A stretch of 47,874 nucleotides of DNA from Bacteroidota bacterium (GCA_036136835.1 JAZABS010000049.1:1-47874); one strand, 5' to 3'; numbered from the stretch's first letter, positions 27,604 to 38,540 are shown. A program made the numbers and translations. The notes: generated from the sequence alone by a model not told the origin.

Positions 27604-27918
27604 ATGGAAATATTTTTGACAGTTTTTTTTGTTGATATTCTTTTTATTGGAATAGCATATCTCTTAAATGAAAACAATGCCAAATATTTATTGGCTGGAT
27701 ACAATACAATGTCTAAAGAGGAAAGAGAAAAGGTAGATTTGCCAAATTTTTTAATTTTTTGGAAGAATTTTTTTATAATGCTCACCTTTATTACTACTTT
27801 AATTTTCGTAATATCATTTTTTGTTTTTTCTGAATCAACGGCTGCATTAATTTGGGCCTTATCCCTACTAATTCCTTGGCCAATTTTTATATATAAAGCA
27901 CAGAAATTTAAGAAGTAA
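27604..27918 (+). CDS. small membrane protein (DUF3784-like)
   Basis: Three hydrophobic helices and the motif LLAGYNTMSKEEREKVD. I prefer the ATG at 27604 over the TTG at 27601. Confidence 0.5.
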   Translation: MEIFLTVFFVDILFIGIAYLLNENNAKYLLAGYNTMSKEEREKVDLPNFLIFWKNFFIMLTFITTLIFVISFFVFSESTAALIWALSLLIPWPIFIYKAQKFKK

Positions 27919-27920
27919 TT

Positions 27921-29267
27921 TTATTTTTCAAATGGCACATACTTTTCATTAAATTCAATGCCATATTCTTTTAATTCATTTAAAATAGGAGTGTAAATTT
28001 CTTTTGATACAGGTAATATAACTCCACTAGATTTAATTTTCTGATTTAATATTGCTAATGCTGCTATTGCTAAAGGCAATCCTACTGTTTTTGCCATTGC
28101 AGTATATTTTTCATCTTCACCTATGCTAACCATAGTTGAGTCTATTTGGTGTAATACATTATTTTTTTTGAATCCAAATTTATGATACATAACGATCATA
28201 TCTTTATCATTTTTTTCAAGTTTCCAGTTTTTAACAAGAATATGTTCCAATATTTGAGCCGGAGTTGCATTAGTTAAAGAAATTTTATTTATATCACTAA
28301 AAATATCTAATTCTAATAATTTTTGCCATATTATGTCTTTTTCATCCAAATTAAATTTTTTCTTGATATTAGCTTCGACTGAATTTTTTGAGTTTGATTG
28401 AAAGAAATATTTTACATATTCTCTGTAGCTCATATTATTAGAATTTTCAATGTTGTAGCTATCATCAGTCATTCCCAATTGAACAAAAATATTCCATGCA
28501 TTACAAAACCCAGCCCTTCTAATGGTTCCTCTATATATTGTCTCTATATCATTTAATTTATATATGCTACGGTATTTTAATGAATCTCTATTAGCATATG
28601 ATTCAAACTCACCATATTGATCAATCAATAAGGATTCAGTATTTTTAAAGAGATCATTGTATGAAATACTTATTTCTTTATTTTCTTCAATATATTTTGC
28701 ATCACCTCCTTGACCTGCTAACACTACGTTTCTTGGATTCCAAGTGAATTTATAATTCCACAGGTTGTTATCACTTTCAGGGGCAATCAATCCTCCAGTA
28801 TATGATTTAAACGATACTAATTCATTCCCGTCATCTTTTATTTGATCAATTATTTTCATGGCACTCATATGATCAATCCCTGGATCAACCCCTATTTCAT
28901 TCATAAATATCAATCCTGCTTTTTTAACCTCTTGATCTAATTCATTCATCTCATCACTTATATATGAAGCAGTTAGTAGGCTTTTTCTATGTTTTAAACA
29001 TTCTTTTGCAACTAGAATATGAAATTTAGCAGGCAACATAGAGATAACAATATCTGATTGGGCAATTTCTTTACTGCTATTGGATTTATTAAAAATATCA
29101 AATTCAATTGCATTAATATTTTTTTGTCCATCTACTAGTTTTTTTGCGGAATTCAAATCTATATCTCCAACTTTGATAAATAGATTTTCCTTTAATGATT
29201 TACTTGTCAAATATTTTACAATATATGCTGTAGATTTCCCTGCGCCAATTATCAAAATATTTCTCAT
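27921..29267 (-). CDS. saccharopine dehydrogenase family protein
   Basis: N-terminal Rossmann motif ILIIGAGKS, 448 aa, with the C-terminal Sacchrp_dh domain pattern (GVDPGIDHM). Confidence 0.8.
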   Translation of the reverse strand: MRNILIIGAGKSTAYIVKYLTSKSLKENLFIKVGDIDLNSAKKLVDGQKNINAIEFDIFNKSNSSKEIAQSDIVISMLPAKFHILVAKECLKHRKSLLTASYISDEMNELDQEVKKAGLIFMNEIGVDPGIDHMSAMKIIDQIKDDGNELVSFKSYTGGLIAPESDNNLWNYKFTWNPRNVVLAGQGGDAKYIEENKEISISYNDLFKNTESLLIDQYGEFESYANRDSLKYRSIYKLNDIETIYRGTIRRAGFCNAWNIFVQLGMTDDSYNIENSNNMSYREYVKYFFQSNSKNSVEANIKKKFNLDEKDIIWQKLLELDIFSDINKISLTNATPAQILEHILVKNWKLEKNDKDMIVMYHKFGFKKNNVLHQIDSTMVSIGEDEKYTAMAKTVGLPLAIAALAILNQKIKSSGVILPVSKEIYTPILNELKEYGIEFNEKYVPFEK

Positions 29268-29372
29268 ATTTCAAATAAAATATTCAGTAATATTACTAAA
29301 ATAAAATGCTATTAATTAATAATTTTAGATTATTTTTATTAACCATTTATATAATAAACTAAAGTTATATTT

Positions 29373-30971
29373 ATGAATAACAATTCGGATATTTCCTTAG
29401 ACAATTATGGAATCCATAATTCAAAAATAAACTACAACCTTCCAGTATCGGATCTTTATAGTATAACAATTTCAAAAAACTTAGGAAGATTAACTAGTCA
29501 AGGAGCTTTATCAATTAATACTGGGAAGTTTACGGGAAGATCTCCAAAGGACAGATATATAGTTAGAGATCATATAACTGACAAAAAAGTGTGGTGGGGG
29601 GATATAAATATTCCAATTGATCAGACTATTTTTGATAGTTTATATAAACAAATAACGGATCATTTATCAAATAAAGAATTATATGTGCGAGATGCATATG
29701 CATGTGCCAATGATGATTGTAAAATTAATATTAGGACAATTTGTGAATATCCATGGAGTGATATTTTCGTTCATAATATGTTCCTCAGATTTGATAACGA
29801 TTCTTTAAATGGCATTACTACTGATTGGACTATACTGAATGCTCCTAGTTTTTTCGCTAACCCTTCGTTAGACAATATAGGTGACAAGAATTTTTCGATA
29901 ATTAATTTTACTAAAAAGTTGATAATAATAGGTGGAACTGGTTATACTGGTGAAATAAAAAAAGGAATTTTTTCAGTCTTAAATTTTACATTGCCTGTAT
30001 ATAAAGAGGTTTTGCCTATGCATTGTAGTGCAAATACTGGAGTTGATGGAGACACATCTATTTTCTTCGGATTATCTGGTACTGGCAAAACAACTTTATC
30101 TACTGATAGTAGTAGAAGACTGATAGGTGATGATGAGCACGGATGGAATTCAAAAAACCAAATTTTTAATTTTGAAGGAGGTTGTTATGCTAAGGTTATA
30201 AATTTATCAAAAGACAATGAACCTGAAATATATAATGCTATTAGAGAGGGAGCTTTATTAGAAAATGTTGTTATAGATGATGACGGAGTAGTTGATTATA
30301 ATAATAAGTCAATAACTCAAAATACTAGGGTTAGTTATCCTATCCATTTTATTGATAATATAATGAACCCTTCTCAAGGTGGAACCCCGAAGAATATCTT
30401 CTTTTTGACTGCTGATGCCTTTGGAGTATTACCTCCGATATCAAAATTAAATCCTGGTCAAGCTGCATATCACTTCATTTCTGGGTATACTTCAAAAGTT
30501 GCAGGTACAGAAACTGGTATAAATGAACCAGAGCCATCCTTCTCTGCTTGTTTTGGTGCTCCATTTATGCCATTACATCCGACAGTCTATGCAAAAATGC
30601 TAATTGATAAGATGAAAAATTCAGGGGTCAATGTATGGTTAGTTAATACCGGATGGACTGGAGGTCCTTATGGTATTGGTAAAAGAATGGAACTAAAATA
30701 TACTAGAGCTATGATTAATGCCGCAATGGATGGAGAATTAGATGCAATAAATAAGGAAAATTACCACATACACTCAGTCTTTAATGTTAAACAGCCTAGA
30801 CAATGCCCTAATGTTCCTTCAGAAATATTAAGCCCAAGACAAACATGGAATAATGATGCTAAATACTATAAAAAAGCATACATGCTATCAGAATTCTTTG
30901 TAGAAAATTTTGAAAAATTTAAAGAATTTGCAGATAATAGAATTTTAGAGGGAGCTCCAAATACTAAATAA
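29373..30971 (+). CDS. pckA: phosphoenolpyruvate carboxykinase (ATP)
   Basis: Kinase-1a motif GLSGTGKTTLS, GDDEHGW, 532 aa. Confidence 0.95.
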   Translation: MNNNSDISLDNYGIHNSKINYNLPVSDLYSITISKNLGRLTSQGALSINTGKFTGRSPKDRYIVRDHITDKKVWWGDINIPIDQTIFDSLYKQITDHLSNKELYVRDAYACANDDCKINIRTICEYPWSDIFVHNMFLRFDNDSLNGITTDWTILNAPSFFANPSLDNIGDKNFSIINFTKKLIIIGGTGYTGEIKKGIFSVLNFTLPVYKEVLPMHCSANTGVDGDTSIFFGLSGTGKTTLSTDSSRRLIGDDEHGWNSKNQIFNFEGGCYAKVINLSKDNEPEIYNAIREGALLENVVIDDDGVVDYNNKSITQNTRVSYPIHFIDNIMNPSQGGTPKNIFFLTADAFGVLPPISKLNPGQAAYHFISGYTSKVAGTETGINEPEPSFSACFGAPFMPLHPTVYAKMLIDKMKNSGVNVWLVNTGWTGGPYGIGKRMELKYTRAMINAAMDGELDAINKENYHIHSVFNVKQPRQCPNVPSEILSPRQTWNNDAKYYKKAYMLSEFFVENFEKFKEFADNRILEGAPNTK

Positions 30972-31721
30972 TTATTTCTTGTTAGATTGGGATATGTAAT
31001 TATCTAATGCCATTGTCATTGATGGAAATTTTTTAGATGGAGCATAGATATCTACATTAAGACCTTTATCTTCTACAGCTTTCCTAGTAATTGATCCAAA
31101 AACTGCAATTTTAGTTCCATTTTGTTTAAATTCTGGAAAGTTTTGAAATAATGATTCAATTCCAGATGGACTAAAAAACACTAAAACATCATATGTTACA
31201 TCTGATAAACTAGAAAGATCACTAATTACAGTTTTATAGAAAACACATCTTTTCCATTTAATTTCAAGGCTATCAAGAAGTTCTGGGACCTCAGGTTTTA
31301 ATTTATCAGTTGTAGGTAGTAAAAAATTTTCATCCTTATGTTTAGATAAAATTGGACATAATTCTTTAAATGATCTTTGCCCTACATATATTTTCCTTTT
31401 TCTATATACAACATATTTTTGAAGATAGAATGCAACAGCTTCTGATTGACAAAAATATTTCATAGAATCAGGAACTTTAAATCGCATTCTTTCACATATT
31501 CTAAAAAAATGGTCAACAGCGTATCTACTTGTTAAAATTATTGACGAAAATTTAGATAAATCAAGTTTTTGCAGTCTAATTTCTTTTAGAGTTGCTTCTT
31601 TGACATGGATAAAAGGGACAAAATCAATTTTTAATTTTCTTTTTTTCTGAAGCTCAAAATATGGAGAGTTTACCAATTTTGGCTTAGGTTGAGAAACTAA
31701 AACTGTTTTTATTTTTGCCAT
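30972..31721 (-). CDS. uroporphyrinogen-III synthase (HemD-like) family protein
   Basis: 249 aa with a two-lobe HEM4-like pattern (ILTSRYAVDHFF, VFFSPSGIESL). It abuts the pckA stop. Confidence 0.55.
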   Translation of the reverse strand: MAKIKTVLVSQPKPKLVNSPYFELQKKRKLKIDFVPFIHVKEATLKEIRLQKLDLSKFSSIILTSRYAVDHFFRICERMRFKVPDSMKYFCQSEAVAFYLQKYVVYRKRKIYVGQRSFKELCPILSKHKDENFLLPTTDKLKPEVPELLDSLEIKWKRCVFYKTVISDLSSLSDVTYDVLVFFSPSGIESLFQNFPEFKQNGTKIAVFGSITRKAVEDKGLNVDIYAPSKKFPSMTMALDNYISQSNKK

Positions 31722-31931
31722 TTTATAATTTCTATGTCTTTCTTATTATAGAAAGAAAAAAATTATACTATATCTAGATATTGTATAATTTCGAGTCTGC
31801 AAAGATACAAAATAAAATAAAACCAATAGTTTTTGATGGATTTAAGAAGAAAACTCAATCAATTTAGATATAATTACAATTATAAAGTATTATCATTCAA
31901 ATATCATATTTTTGTTTAAAATAATAGAGAA

Positions 31932-32660
31932 ATGAATGATGTTTTGGTCATCATACCAACTTATAATGAAATAGAAAATATTGATAGGATTATAACTTCT
32001 ATTTTTGGCCTATACAAAGATATTAATATTCTTATAGTTGATGACAATTCCCCTGATCAAACTGCATCAAAAGTAATTGAGCTTCAAGCTACATATAAAG
32101 AAAAATTATATCTGCAAATTAGAAAGGTTAAATCAGGTTTGGGGCCAGCTTATATTCATGGATTTAAATGGGCTTTAAATAAGAATTACAATTTTATATT
32201 TGAAATGGATGCAGATTTTTCTCATGATCCAAAGGATATTGAATATTTGTATAATGCATGTAAAAATGGAGGAGCAGATGTATCTATTGGATCTAGATAT
32301 AAAGAAGGAATTAATGTTGTAAATTGGCCTGTTGGTAGAATAATTTTATCATTATTTGCATCTTATTATGTTAGATTTTTAACTGGAATGAACATTAAAG
32401 ACCCTACATCTGGATTTATTTGCTATAAAAGAAGTGTGATTGAAAATATTAATTTGGATATGGTTAAATTTATAGGATATGCTTTTCAGATTGAAATGAA
32501 ATATAAATCATATATAAAGAAATATAAATTATTAGAAGTGCCAATAGTTTTTACAGATAGAGAACATGGAAAATCGAAATTAGATGCTTCAATAATCAAT
32601 GAAGCAGTATTTGGAGTAATTAGTATGAAAATTAAAAGCTTATTTTCTAGGAATTTTTAG
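31932..32660 (+). CDS. polyprenol-phosphate mannosyl/glycosyltransferase (GT2)
   Basis: VIIPTYNE, IVDDNSPD and EMDADFSHDP (DxD) motifs of the Dpm1-like GT2 family. Confidence 0.8.
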   Translation: MNDVLVIIPTYNEIENIDRIITSIFGLYKDINILIVDDNSPDQTASKVIELQATYKEKLYLQIRKVKSGLGPAYIHGFKWALNKNYNFIFEMDADFSHDPKDIEYLYNACKNGGADVSIGSRYKEGINVVNWPVGRIILSLFASYYVRFLTGMNIKDPTSGFICYKRSVIENINLDMVKFIGYAFQIEMKYKSYIKKYKLLEVPIVFTDREHGKSKLDASIINEAVFGVISMKIKSLFSRNF

Positions 32661-32661
32661 T

Positions 32662-34005
32662 ATGGCAAATAGTATATTAATCAAAAATGGTAAGATAATT
32701 AATGAAGGGGAAATATATCCTTCAGATATATATATCGAAGATGAAATAATTAAGGAAGTATCTGAATCAATTACACCAAAATTTTCTGACACAAAAACTA
32801 TTGATGCTGAAGGAAACTTTATTATCCCTGGATTGATTGATGATCAAGTTCATTTTAGAGAACCTGGATTAATTCACAAAGGAGATATTTATTCTGAATC
32901 TAGAGCTGCAGTTGCTGGAGGTATAACTTCGTATTTTGAGATGCCTAATACAGTGCCTCAGACTACAACTCAAGCTGAATTAAAAAACAAATTTTCCATT
33001 GCATCTAAGAATTCATTAGCAAACTATTCTTTTATGTTTGGTGGAACTAATGATAATATTGAGGAAATATTAAAAATAGACCCTAGGGAAGTACCGGCTC
33101 TAAAAATATTTTTGGGGTCATCTACTGGTAATATGCTAGTAGACAATCTTGATGCATTAGAGGAAATCTTTTTAAAATGTCAACTTCCAATTGCTGTTCA
33201 TTGTGAAGATGAAAATACAATAAAAAATAATCTAAAAATTTATAATGATTTATACGGTGAAAAAATTCCGGTAAAACTCCATCCTAAAATTAGAGATGAA
33301 CAGGCGTGTTATATTTCATCATCTATGGCAGTTGATTTAGCTAAAAAAACAGGAGCAAGATTGCATGTTTTTCATCTTTCAACTAAAAAAGAAACTAATT
33401 TATTTTCTAATTCTATTGATTTAAATAACAAAAAAATAACATCAGAAGTATGTATTCATCATTTAACATTTACTGACAATGATTATGATAAATATGGATC
33501 TAGAATTAAATGGAACCCTTCTATAAAATCTATAGATGATCAGAATGGTCTTTGGGAAGCATTAAATGATGACAGAATAGATGTTATTGCAACAGATCAT
33601 GCGCCACATACAATTGATGAAAAAGGGAATGATTATGTTAAATGCCCATCGGGCGGACCATTAGTACAACATTCTTTAGTAGCAATGTTGGAGGGCTATC
33701 ATAATGATAAAATTAAACTGGAAAAGATAGTACAAAAAATGTGTCATAACCCAGCTATTTTATTTGAGATTGAAAATAGGGGTTTTATTAAAGAAGGATT
33801 TTATGCAGACTTAGTTATTTTTAATTTAAATAAGCCATGGACTGTTAATAAGGAAAACATTTTATATAAATGTGGATGGTCTCCTTTTGAAGGGACTACA
33901 TTTAAATCTAGAATATCTCATACTATTATAAATGGAAATTTAGTTTTCTCTAATAATAGCATAATTGATAAAAAAATGGGTAAAAAGTTAACATTTAAAA
34001 GATGA
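32662..34005 (+). CDS. pyrC: dihydroorotase
   Basis: Amidohydrolase metal motifs DDQVHFREPG and TDHAPH, 447 aa. Confidence 0.85.
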   Translation: MANSILIKNGKIINEGEIYPSDIYIEDEIIKEVSESITPKFSDTKTIDAEGNFIIPGLIDDQVHFREPGLIHKGDIYSESRAAVAGGITSYFEMPNTVPQTTTQAELKNKFSIASKNSLANYSFMFGGTNDNIEEILKIDPREVPALKIFLGSSTGNMLVDNLDALEEIFLKCQLPIAVHCEDENTIKNNLKIYNDLYGEKIPVKLHPKIRDEQACYISSSMAVDLAKKTGARLHVFHLSTKKETNLFSNSIDLNNKKITSEVCIHHLTFTDNDYDKYGSRIKWNPSIKSIDDQNGLWEALNDDRIDVIATDHAPHTIDEKGNDYVKCPSGGPLVQHSLVAMLEGYHNDKIKLEKIVQKMCHNPAILFEIENRGFIKEGFYADLVIFNLNKPWTVNKENILYKCGWSPFEGTTFKSRISHTIINGNLVFSNNSIIDKKMGKKLTFKR

Positions 34006-34460
34006 AGAAATATTTTTTCATATTAATTGTTTTTTTTGGTTGTAGTAATTCCAATAATAAAGAAACAATTCCAGAAAATTTAATAGCAGAAGAGAAAATG
34101 GTAGATGTTATTTATGAAATGACGCTTATAAGTGTTTCTAAAGGTGTAAATAGACAAATTCTTGAAAAAAATGGAGTAATTCCAGATCAATATATTTTTA
34201 ATAAGTACAATATTGATAGCTTACAATTTGCCATAAGTAATGAGTTTTATTCGAATGATTTAGATACTTATTTAGATATATACGAAAAAGTAAAAGAGAA
34301 ACTTCAATTAAATAAGCAAATTGTTATAGACAGTATAGAGAATTACAAAAGGAATAGAGCAAAAAGAAGCTTAGAGATTTCAAAAGAGGAAAGAAGAAAT
34401 GATAAATTGGATAGTATTAAAATGAAAAGATCAAGGATGCTTTTGAAAACAAATGATTAA
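34002..34460 (+). CDS. lipoprotein (DUF4296-like)
   Basis: Lipobox FFGCS, 152 aa. The start overlaps the pyrC stop, a position conserved after pyrC in Flavobacteriia. Confidence 0.5.
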   Translation: MKKYFFILIVFFGCSNSNNKETIPENLIAEEKMVDVIYEMTLISVSKGVNRQILEKNGVIPDQYIFNKYNIDSLQFAISNEFYSNDLDTYLDIYEKVKEKLQLNKQIVIDSIENYKRNRAKRSLEISKEERRNDKLDSIKMKRSRMLLKTND

Positions 34461-34488
34461 TCAACTAACTTTGAGTATATTTATTTAA

Positions 34489-35787
34489 ATGGAATTAATA
34501 AGTTTTATTGATGAGTTAAAATGGAGAGGCATGATTCACGACATTATGCCTGGCCTTGAAGATTATCTAAGGGATGAGATGAGATCTGCTTATATTGGAT
34601 TTGACCCTACATCAGATTCTTTACATATAGGCCATTTGGTTCCAATAATGCTTCTTGCTCATTTTCAAAAGGCTGGACATCGACCAATTGCATTGGTAGG
34701 AGGTGCTACAGGAATGATTGGTGATCCATCTGGAAAATCTGCCGAGAGAAATCTGCTTGATGAAGAAACTATAAAGTCTAATCAAAAAATTATCAAAGAT
34801 CAATTAGCTCATTTTTTAGATTTTAGTAAGTCAAACAATAATGCAGCATTGATATTAAATAATTTAGATTGGATGAAAGGATTAACTTTTCTTGATTTTA
34901 CTAGGGATGTTGGAAAACATATGACGGTAAACTACATGATGTCTAAAGACTCTGTAAAAAATAGAATTTCTGGTGAGCAAAGTGAAGGCATGAGTTTTAC
35001 AGAATTTTCATACCAATTAGTTCAGGGGTATGACTTCCTATATTTGCATAAGAATTATGATTGCTCGATACAAATGGGAGGAAGTGATCAATGGGGTAAC
35101 ATTACAAGTGGTACAGAACTAATAAGAAGAATGGATAATGGGAAAGGCTATGCATTAACATGTCCATTAATTACGAAATCTGATGGAAGTAAGTTTGGTA
35201 AGACACAGGAGGGAAATATTTGGTTAGATGCAAATAAAACCTCTGTATACAAATTTTATCAATATTGGCTTAACACATCAGATGAAGATGCTAAGAATTA
35301 TATTAAAATATTTACTTTTCTTGATAAAAAAGAAATTGATACACTAATTTCTGAGCATCAAAAAGATCCACATTTAAGAATCCTTCAGAAAGCACTTTCT
35401 AAAGAAATGACTTCAACTGTCCATTCTAAGGAAGCCTATGACAATGCTTTTAAAGCTTCTAATATTTTATTTAGCAATAATTTTAAAAAGGACATTGAAC
35501 AATTAAATGAATCAATATTCCTTGAAATATTTGAAGGAGTTCCTCAGTACGAAATAAGTTCTTCCATTTTTGGCAAAGGATTAGATATGATATCTGCATT
35601 ATCTAATGAAACCAATTTTCTGAAATCAAATTCTGAAGCACGAAGAGCTTTAAAAGAAAATTCAATATCTGTAAATAAGATTAAAGTAAATGAGGATTAT
35701 ATTATAGATAATAAAGATTTAATAAGTAATAAATATATAATATTGAATAAGGGGAAGAAAAACACTTATATTATTAAAGTCATATAG
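34489..35787 (+). CDS. tyrS: tyrosine--tRNA ligase
   Basis: HIGH motif (SLHIGHL), KFGKT (KMSKS variant), C-terminal S4-like domain. Confidence 0.95.
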   Translation: MELISFIDELKWRGMIHDIMPGLEDYLRDEMRSAYIGFDPTSDSLHIGHLVPIMLLAHFQKAGHRPIALVGGATGMIGDPSGKSAERNLLDEETIKSNQKIIKDQLAHFLDFSKSNNNAALILNNLDWMKGLTFLDFTRDVGKHMTVNYMMSKDSVKNRISGEQSEGMSFTEFSYQLVQGYDFLYLHKNYDCSIQMGGSDQWGNITSGTELIRRMDNGKGYALTCPLITKSDGSKFGKTQEGNIWLDANKTSVYKFYQYWLNTSDEDAKNYIKIFTFLDKKEIDTLISEHQKDPHLRILQKALSKEMTSTVHSKEAYDNAFKASNILFSNNFKKDIEQLNESIFLEIFEGVPQYEISSSIFGKGLDMISALSNETNFLKSNSEARRALKENSISVNKIKVNEDYIIDNKDLISNKYIILNKGKKNTYIIKVI

Positions 35788-35789
35788 AC

Positions 35790-36770
35790 TTATTCAACTA
35801 GTAAATTGCACCCTCTTTGATCAGAATAATCTAATCTTCCAAGAATTTCGAAATCACCTTCTTTATCAACTTTCCCCATATCATCTGTTGCAATAAAAGA
35901 GCAGGAATTATAGTTTGCTAAATCAATAATATTTATTCCTCCACTTTTATTGTTTGTAATTATTTTCAAGGGATCTTCTTTTTCCCTTATCAATATTTTC
36001 ATCCATTTAGGACATTTAAATTTCTGATTTTTTAATGAATATGCCTGGGACATTAATTCTGTCATTCCATATTCACTATTTATGTTTTTTACTCCAAACC
36101 CTAACTCTAGTTTTTCATGTAGATCCTTTTTAATTAATTCTTCTTTTAAACCTTTCATTCCTCCAGTTTCAATTATTATAGTATTTTTTAAATTGAACTT
36201 ATGTAAATCAATTAAATTTAGAAGGGCATATGATACCCCAAAGAGAATTGTTTTCCTCTTCTTTGCTTCTAGATATAAAAGTTTATCCCTTAATTCTTTG
36301 TAATTATTAAGATAGAAACCACTATGCACATTTTTTGACTTTTCTATCAAATTATTTACCATGTAGATTAACGATGAATTTTTGTTTTCAAGGTATGTTG
36401 GCAACAGTGCGATAATATTGTAATTAGTTGGCTCTCCATAGTTTTCTATGAAGATTCTACTAAAGCAATCCTCATAGAGTTCTAAATCTATAATATGATG
36501 CTTGCTTAAATTGCTTTTTGTTGTGCCACTACTATAAAAAATTTTTTTAATTTTTTTGTTTGATGAAACAATTTTGTGTGTTTTATAAAACTGAATTGGA
36601 AGAAATGGAATCTCTATGGAAGATTTAACTTTATCTATATCCTTTCCAGTAAACTTGCAAAATTCTCTATATATATTATTGTTTTGGAATTGATACTGAA
36701 AGATTTCAATTGAATATTTTTCAAATTCCTCTTTTGACTTAATATTAAATATTTTAGTAGAATTAAACAC
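35790..36770 (-). CDS. LuxE/PaaK-like acyl-adenylate-forming enzyme (acyl-protein synthetase family)
   Basis: GTG start, 326 aa, with the motifs FYSSGTT and YGMTE characteristic of the adenylate-forming superfamily. No lux genes are nearby. Confidence 0.5.
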   Translation of the reverse strand: MFNSTKIFNIKSKEEFEKYSIEIFQYQFQNNNIYREFCKFTGKDIDKVKSSIEIPFLPIQFYKTHKIVSSNKKIKKIFYSSGTTKSNLSKHHIIDLELYEDCFSRIFIENYGEPTNYNIIALLPTYLENKNSSLIYMVNNLIEKSKNVHSGFYLNNYKELRDKLLYLEAKKRKTILFGVSYALLNLIDLHKFNLKNTIIIETGGMKGLKEELIKKDLHEKLELGFGVKNINSEYGMTELMSQAYSLKNQKFKCPKWMKILIREKEDPLKIITNNKSGGINIIDLANYNSCSFIATDDMGKVDKEGDFEILGRLDYSDQRGCNLLVE

Positions 36771-36786
36771 GTGTTAAATATAAATG

Positions 36787-36816
36787 AAAAAGAGCATTAA
36801 ATTAATAATGCTCTTT
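36787..36816 (-). terminator. rho-independent terminator after the LTD/T9SS gene
   Basis: 11-bp stem aaagagcatta/taatgctcttt with a 6-nt loop. On the minus strand it is followed by TTTTCATTT, 24 nt past the stop codon. Confidence 0.6.
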
Positions 36817-36839
36817 AATCCATTGTAAAATTTAAAAAA

Positions 36840-38540
36840 TTAGTTTACTATTAATTTTTTAACTATCGATTGATTGTTTTTATATACTTCTATAAGATAA
36901 ATTCCTGACTGAAGATTGCCAATTTTAATTGGTTGTAAAATGCTATTATTACTCATTATTTTTTCACCAAGAATATTATATATCTTAAACGATGCATCCT
37001 GATTATTTGCTGTAATAATTTCAAAAACTCCAGAATTAACAGGATTAGGATAAATTTTAAAACTTTCAATAAATGTAGTTTCTATACTCATTTGAGGTTC
37101 TTGACCAGGAGTTCCATGATCACCATTATCACCATATTCTGAAACAGATATAGCCCAATTTGAACCAATATCATTATCTGAACTATTATATGCATCAGGT
37201 AACAATTGCATACTATAAGCAGACTCATCTGGGAAGGTGTCCCCGTTATCATATGCAACTTGATCAATTATATTGGTTCCACAAGAAATTATTATTTCAT
37301 CATCACCATTGCCTAAAGTGAAATTACTTTCAGTCCCCCATCCATAATCTACAGGAGCTCCACCATTAATTGATGTATCAGTTTCTTCTCCTAAAACAGT
37401 GTATCCCTGAGCAGGTACAATTAAACTTCCATTAATAGTTATACTATTTGAACCTTCATCAGATATTACCCAATTTTCCATATCTATATCTGATGCAGTC
37501 GTATTAAAGACTTCAAACCATTCCTTTCCATCATCATCTCCATCAGCATTATTTAATATTTCAGTAATTATAATACTTCCTTCATCTACACAGTTTGCAC
37601 ATAATATAGAAAATGTAACAGAAGCTTCAATAGGAGGATCTAAAGGCTGGTGTGCATCATCTGCCAATGACATATCTACAGTATATGTGAATCCGCATTC
37701 TACTTGCAGCTCTATAGGATTTGTATCATAGACCATTTGTTCTGTACCATCAATAACAGTAGTTCCATCAGTAGCTGAAAAAATCCAGTGAATATGTCCG
37801 TCAACATCATCATCTCCACTAGCACCAACATTAAAATTAGATACTGTGAAATTTATTGTTGCAATTGACGTTCCTGCAGGATATGTATAGCCATCATTAG
37901 GAGATGTAATGGTTAAGCTTATATCTTCTACACAATCGCTAGAATAACTTCCAACAGTGTCCCATCCTGAATTTTGATCAGTAACAATCCATTCTGAATC
38001 ATCTTCATTTGTACCAAATGATCCTAGTGGAGTAGGGTTAGGACTACAAATTGAACTTTTTCTAGTCAAAGTGTGATTTTTAGTTCCATCAGATACACCA
38101 GCTACATCCCATCCATCACCAGGATCTCCTTGAAGATCTCCAAGAATATCAATAATAGTATATTCTGAAGCAGTTGCTCCAGCAAGAGTCAATGCAAATG
38201 CATCATCTCCATTACTTAAATATGTAAAAGTTTGATCTGAAGCAATTCCTGCATCTGCACTTGGGTGAGTGATAACATATACATCTCCATGAGAAATTAT
38301 TGTCCCAGCATCAAATGTTATATTATCTGGATAGTCCCACTCATCTGCAGTATCACAACCGTTAGAACATGATGAAATAGAATAATTGGACAGATCAACA
38401 TCTTGGCCTGTACCATTATATATTTCAATAAATTTATTGTTACTAGATCCCTCTCCCCATTTAGTGATTATTAGGTCTGTAGTTTGTCCATAAATAAATA
38501 ATGGAAAGAAAAGGATTAAGAATAGGTAAAGTTTTTTCAT
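36840..38540 (-). CDS. secreted protein with two lamin-tail domains and a T9SS C-terminal sorting domain
   Basis: I prefer the start MKKLYLFLILFF at 38540. LTD-like segments are ITKWGEGSSNNKFIEIYNGTG.DVDLS.Y and IIITEILNNADGDDDGKEWFEVFNT...DM..W. The C-terminus FKIYPNPVNSGVFEI...GIYLIEVYKNNQSIVKKLIVN is a type A T9SS CTD. Confidence 0.8.
   Translation of the reverse strand: MKKLYLFLILFFPLFIYGQTTDLIITKWGEGSSNNKFIEIYNGTGQDVDLSNYSISSCSNGCDTADEWDYPDNITFDAGTIISHGDVYVITHPSADAGIASDQTFTYLSNGDDAFALTLAGATASEYTIIDILGDLQGDPGDGWDVAGVSDGTKNHTLTRKSSICSPNPTPLGSFGTNEDDSEWIVTDQNSGWDTVGSYSSDCVEDISLTITSPNDGYTYPAGTSIATINFTVSNFNVGASGDDDVDGHIHWIFSATDGTTVIDGTEQMVYDTNPIELQVECGFTYTVDMSLADDAHQPLDPPIEASVTFSILCANCVDEGSIIITEILNNADGDDDGKEWFEVFNTTASDIDMENWVISDEGSNSITINGSLIVPAQGYTVLGEETDTSINGGAPVDYGWGTESNFTLGNGDDEIIISCGTNIIDQVAYDNGDTFPDESAYSMQLLPDAYNSSDNDIGSNWAISVSEYGDNGDHGTPGQEPQMSIETTFIESFKIYPNPVNSGVFEIITANNQDASFKIYNILGEKIMSNNSILQPIKIGNLQSGIYLIEVYKNNQSIVKKLIVN

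Noticed and set aside
31770-31781. Perfect 12-bp palindrome ATATCTAGATAT about 50 nt upstream of the hemD-like gene, a possible operator
   Set aside because: AT-only palindromes of this length are expected by chance in such an AT-rich spacer. No second site or adjacent regulator supports it, and it would need phylogenetic footprinting.
31835-31918. 27-codon ORF (MDLRRKLNQFRYNYNYKVLSFKYHIFV) in the 210-bp spacer before the GT2 gene
   Set aside because: The composition is not distinctive and it overlaps the probable promoter (TATTTTTG at 31907-31914). Unlike the basic peptide at 1444-1536, nothing sets it apart from a random ORF.
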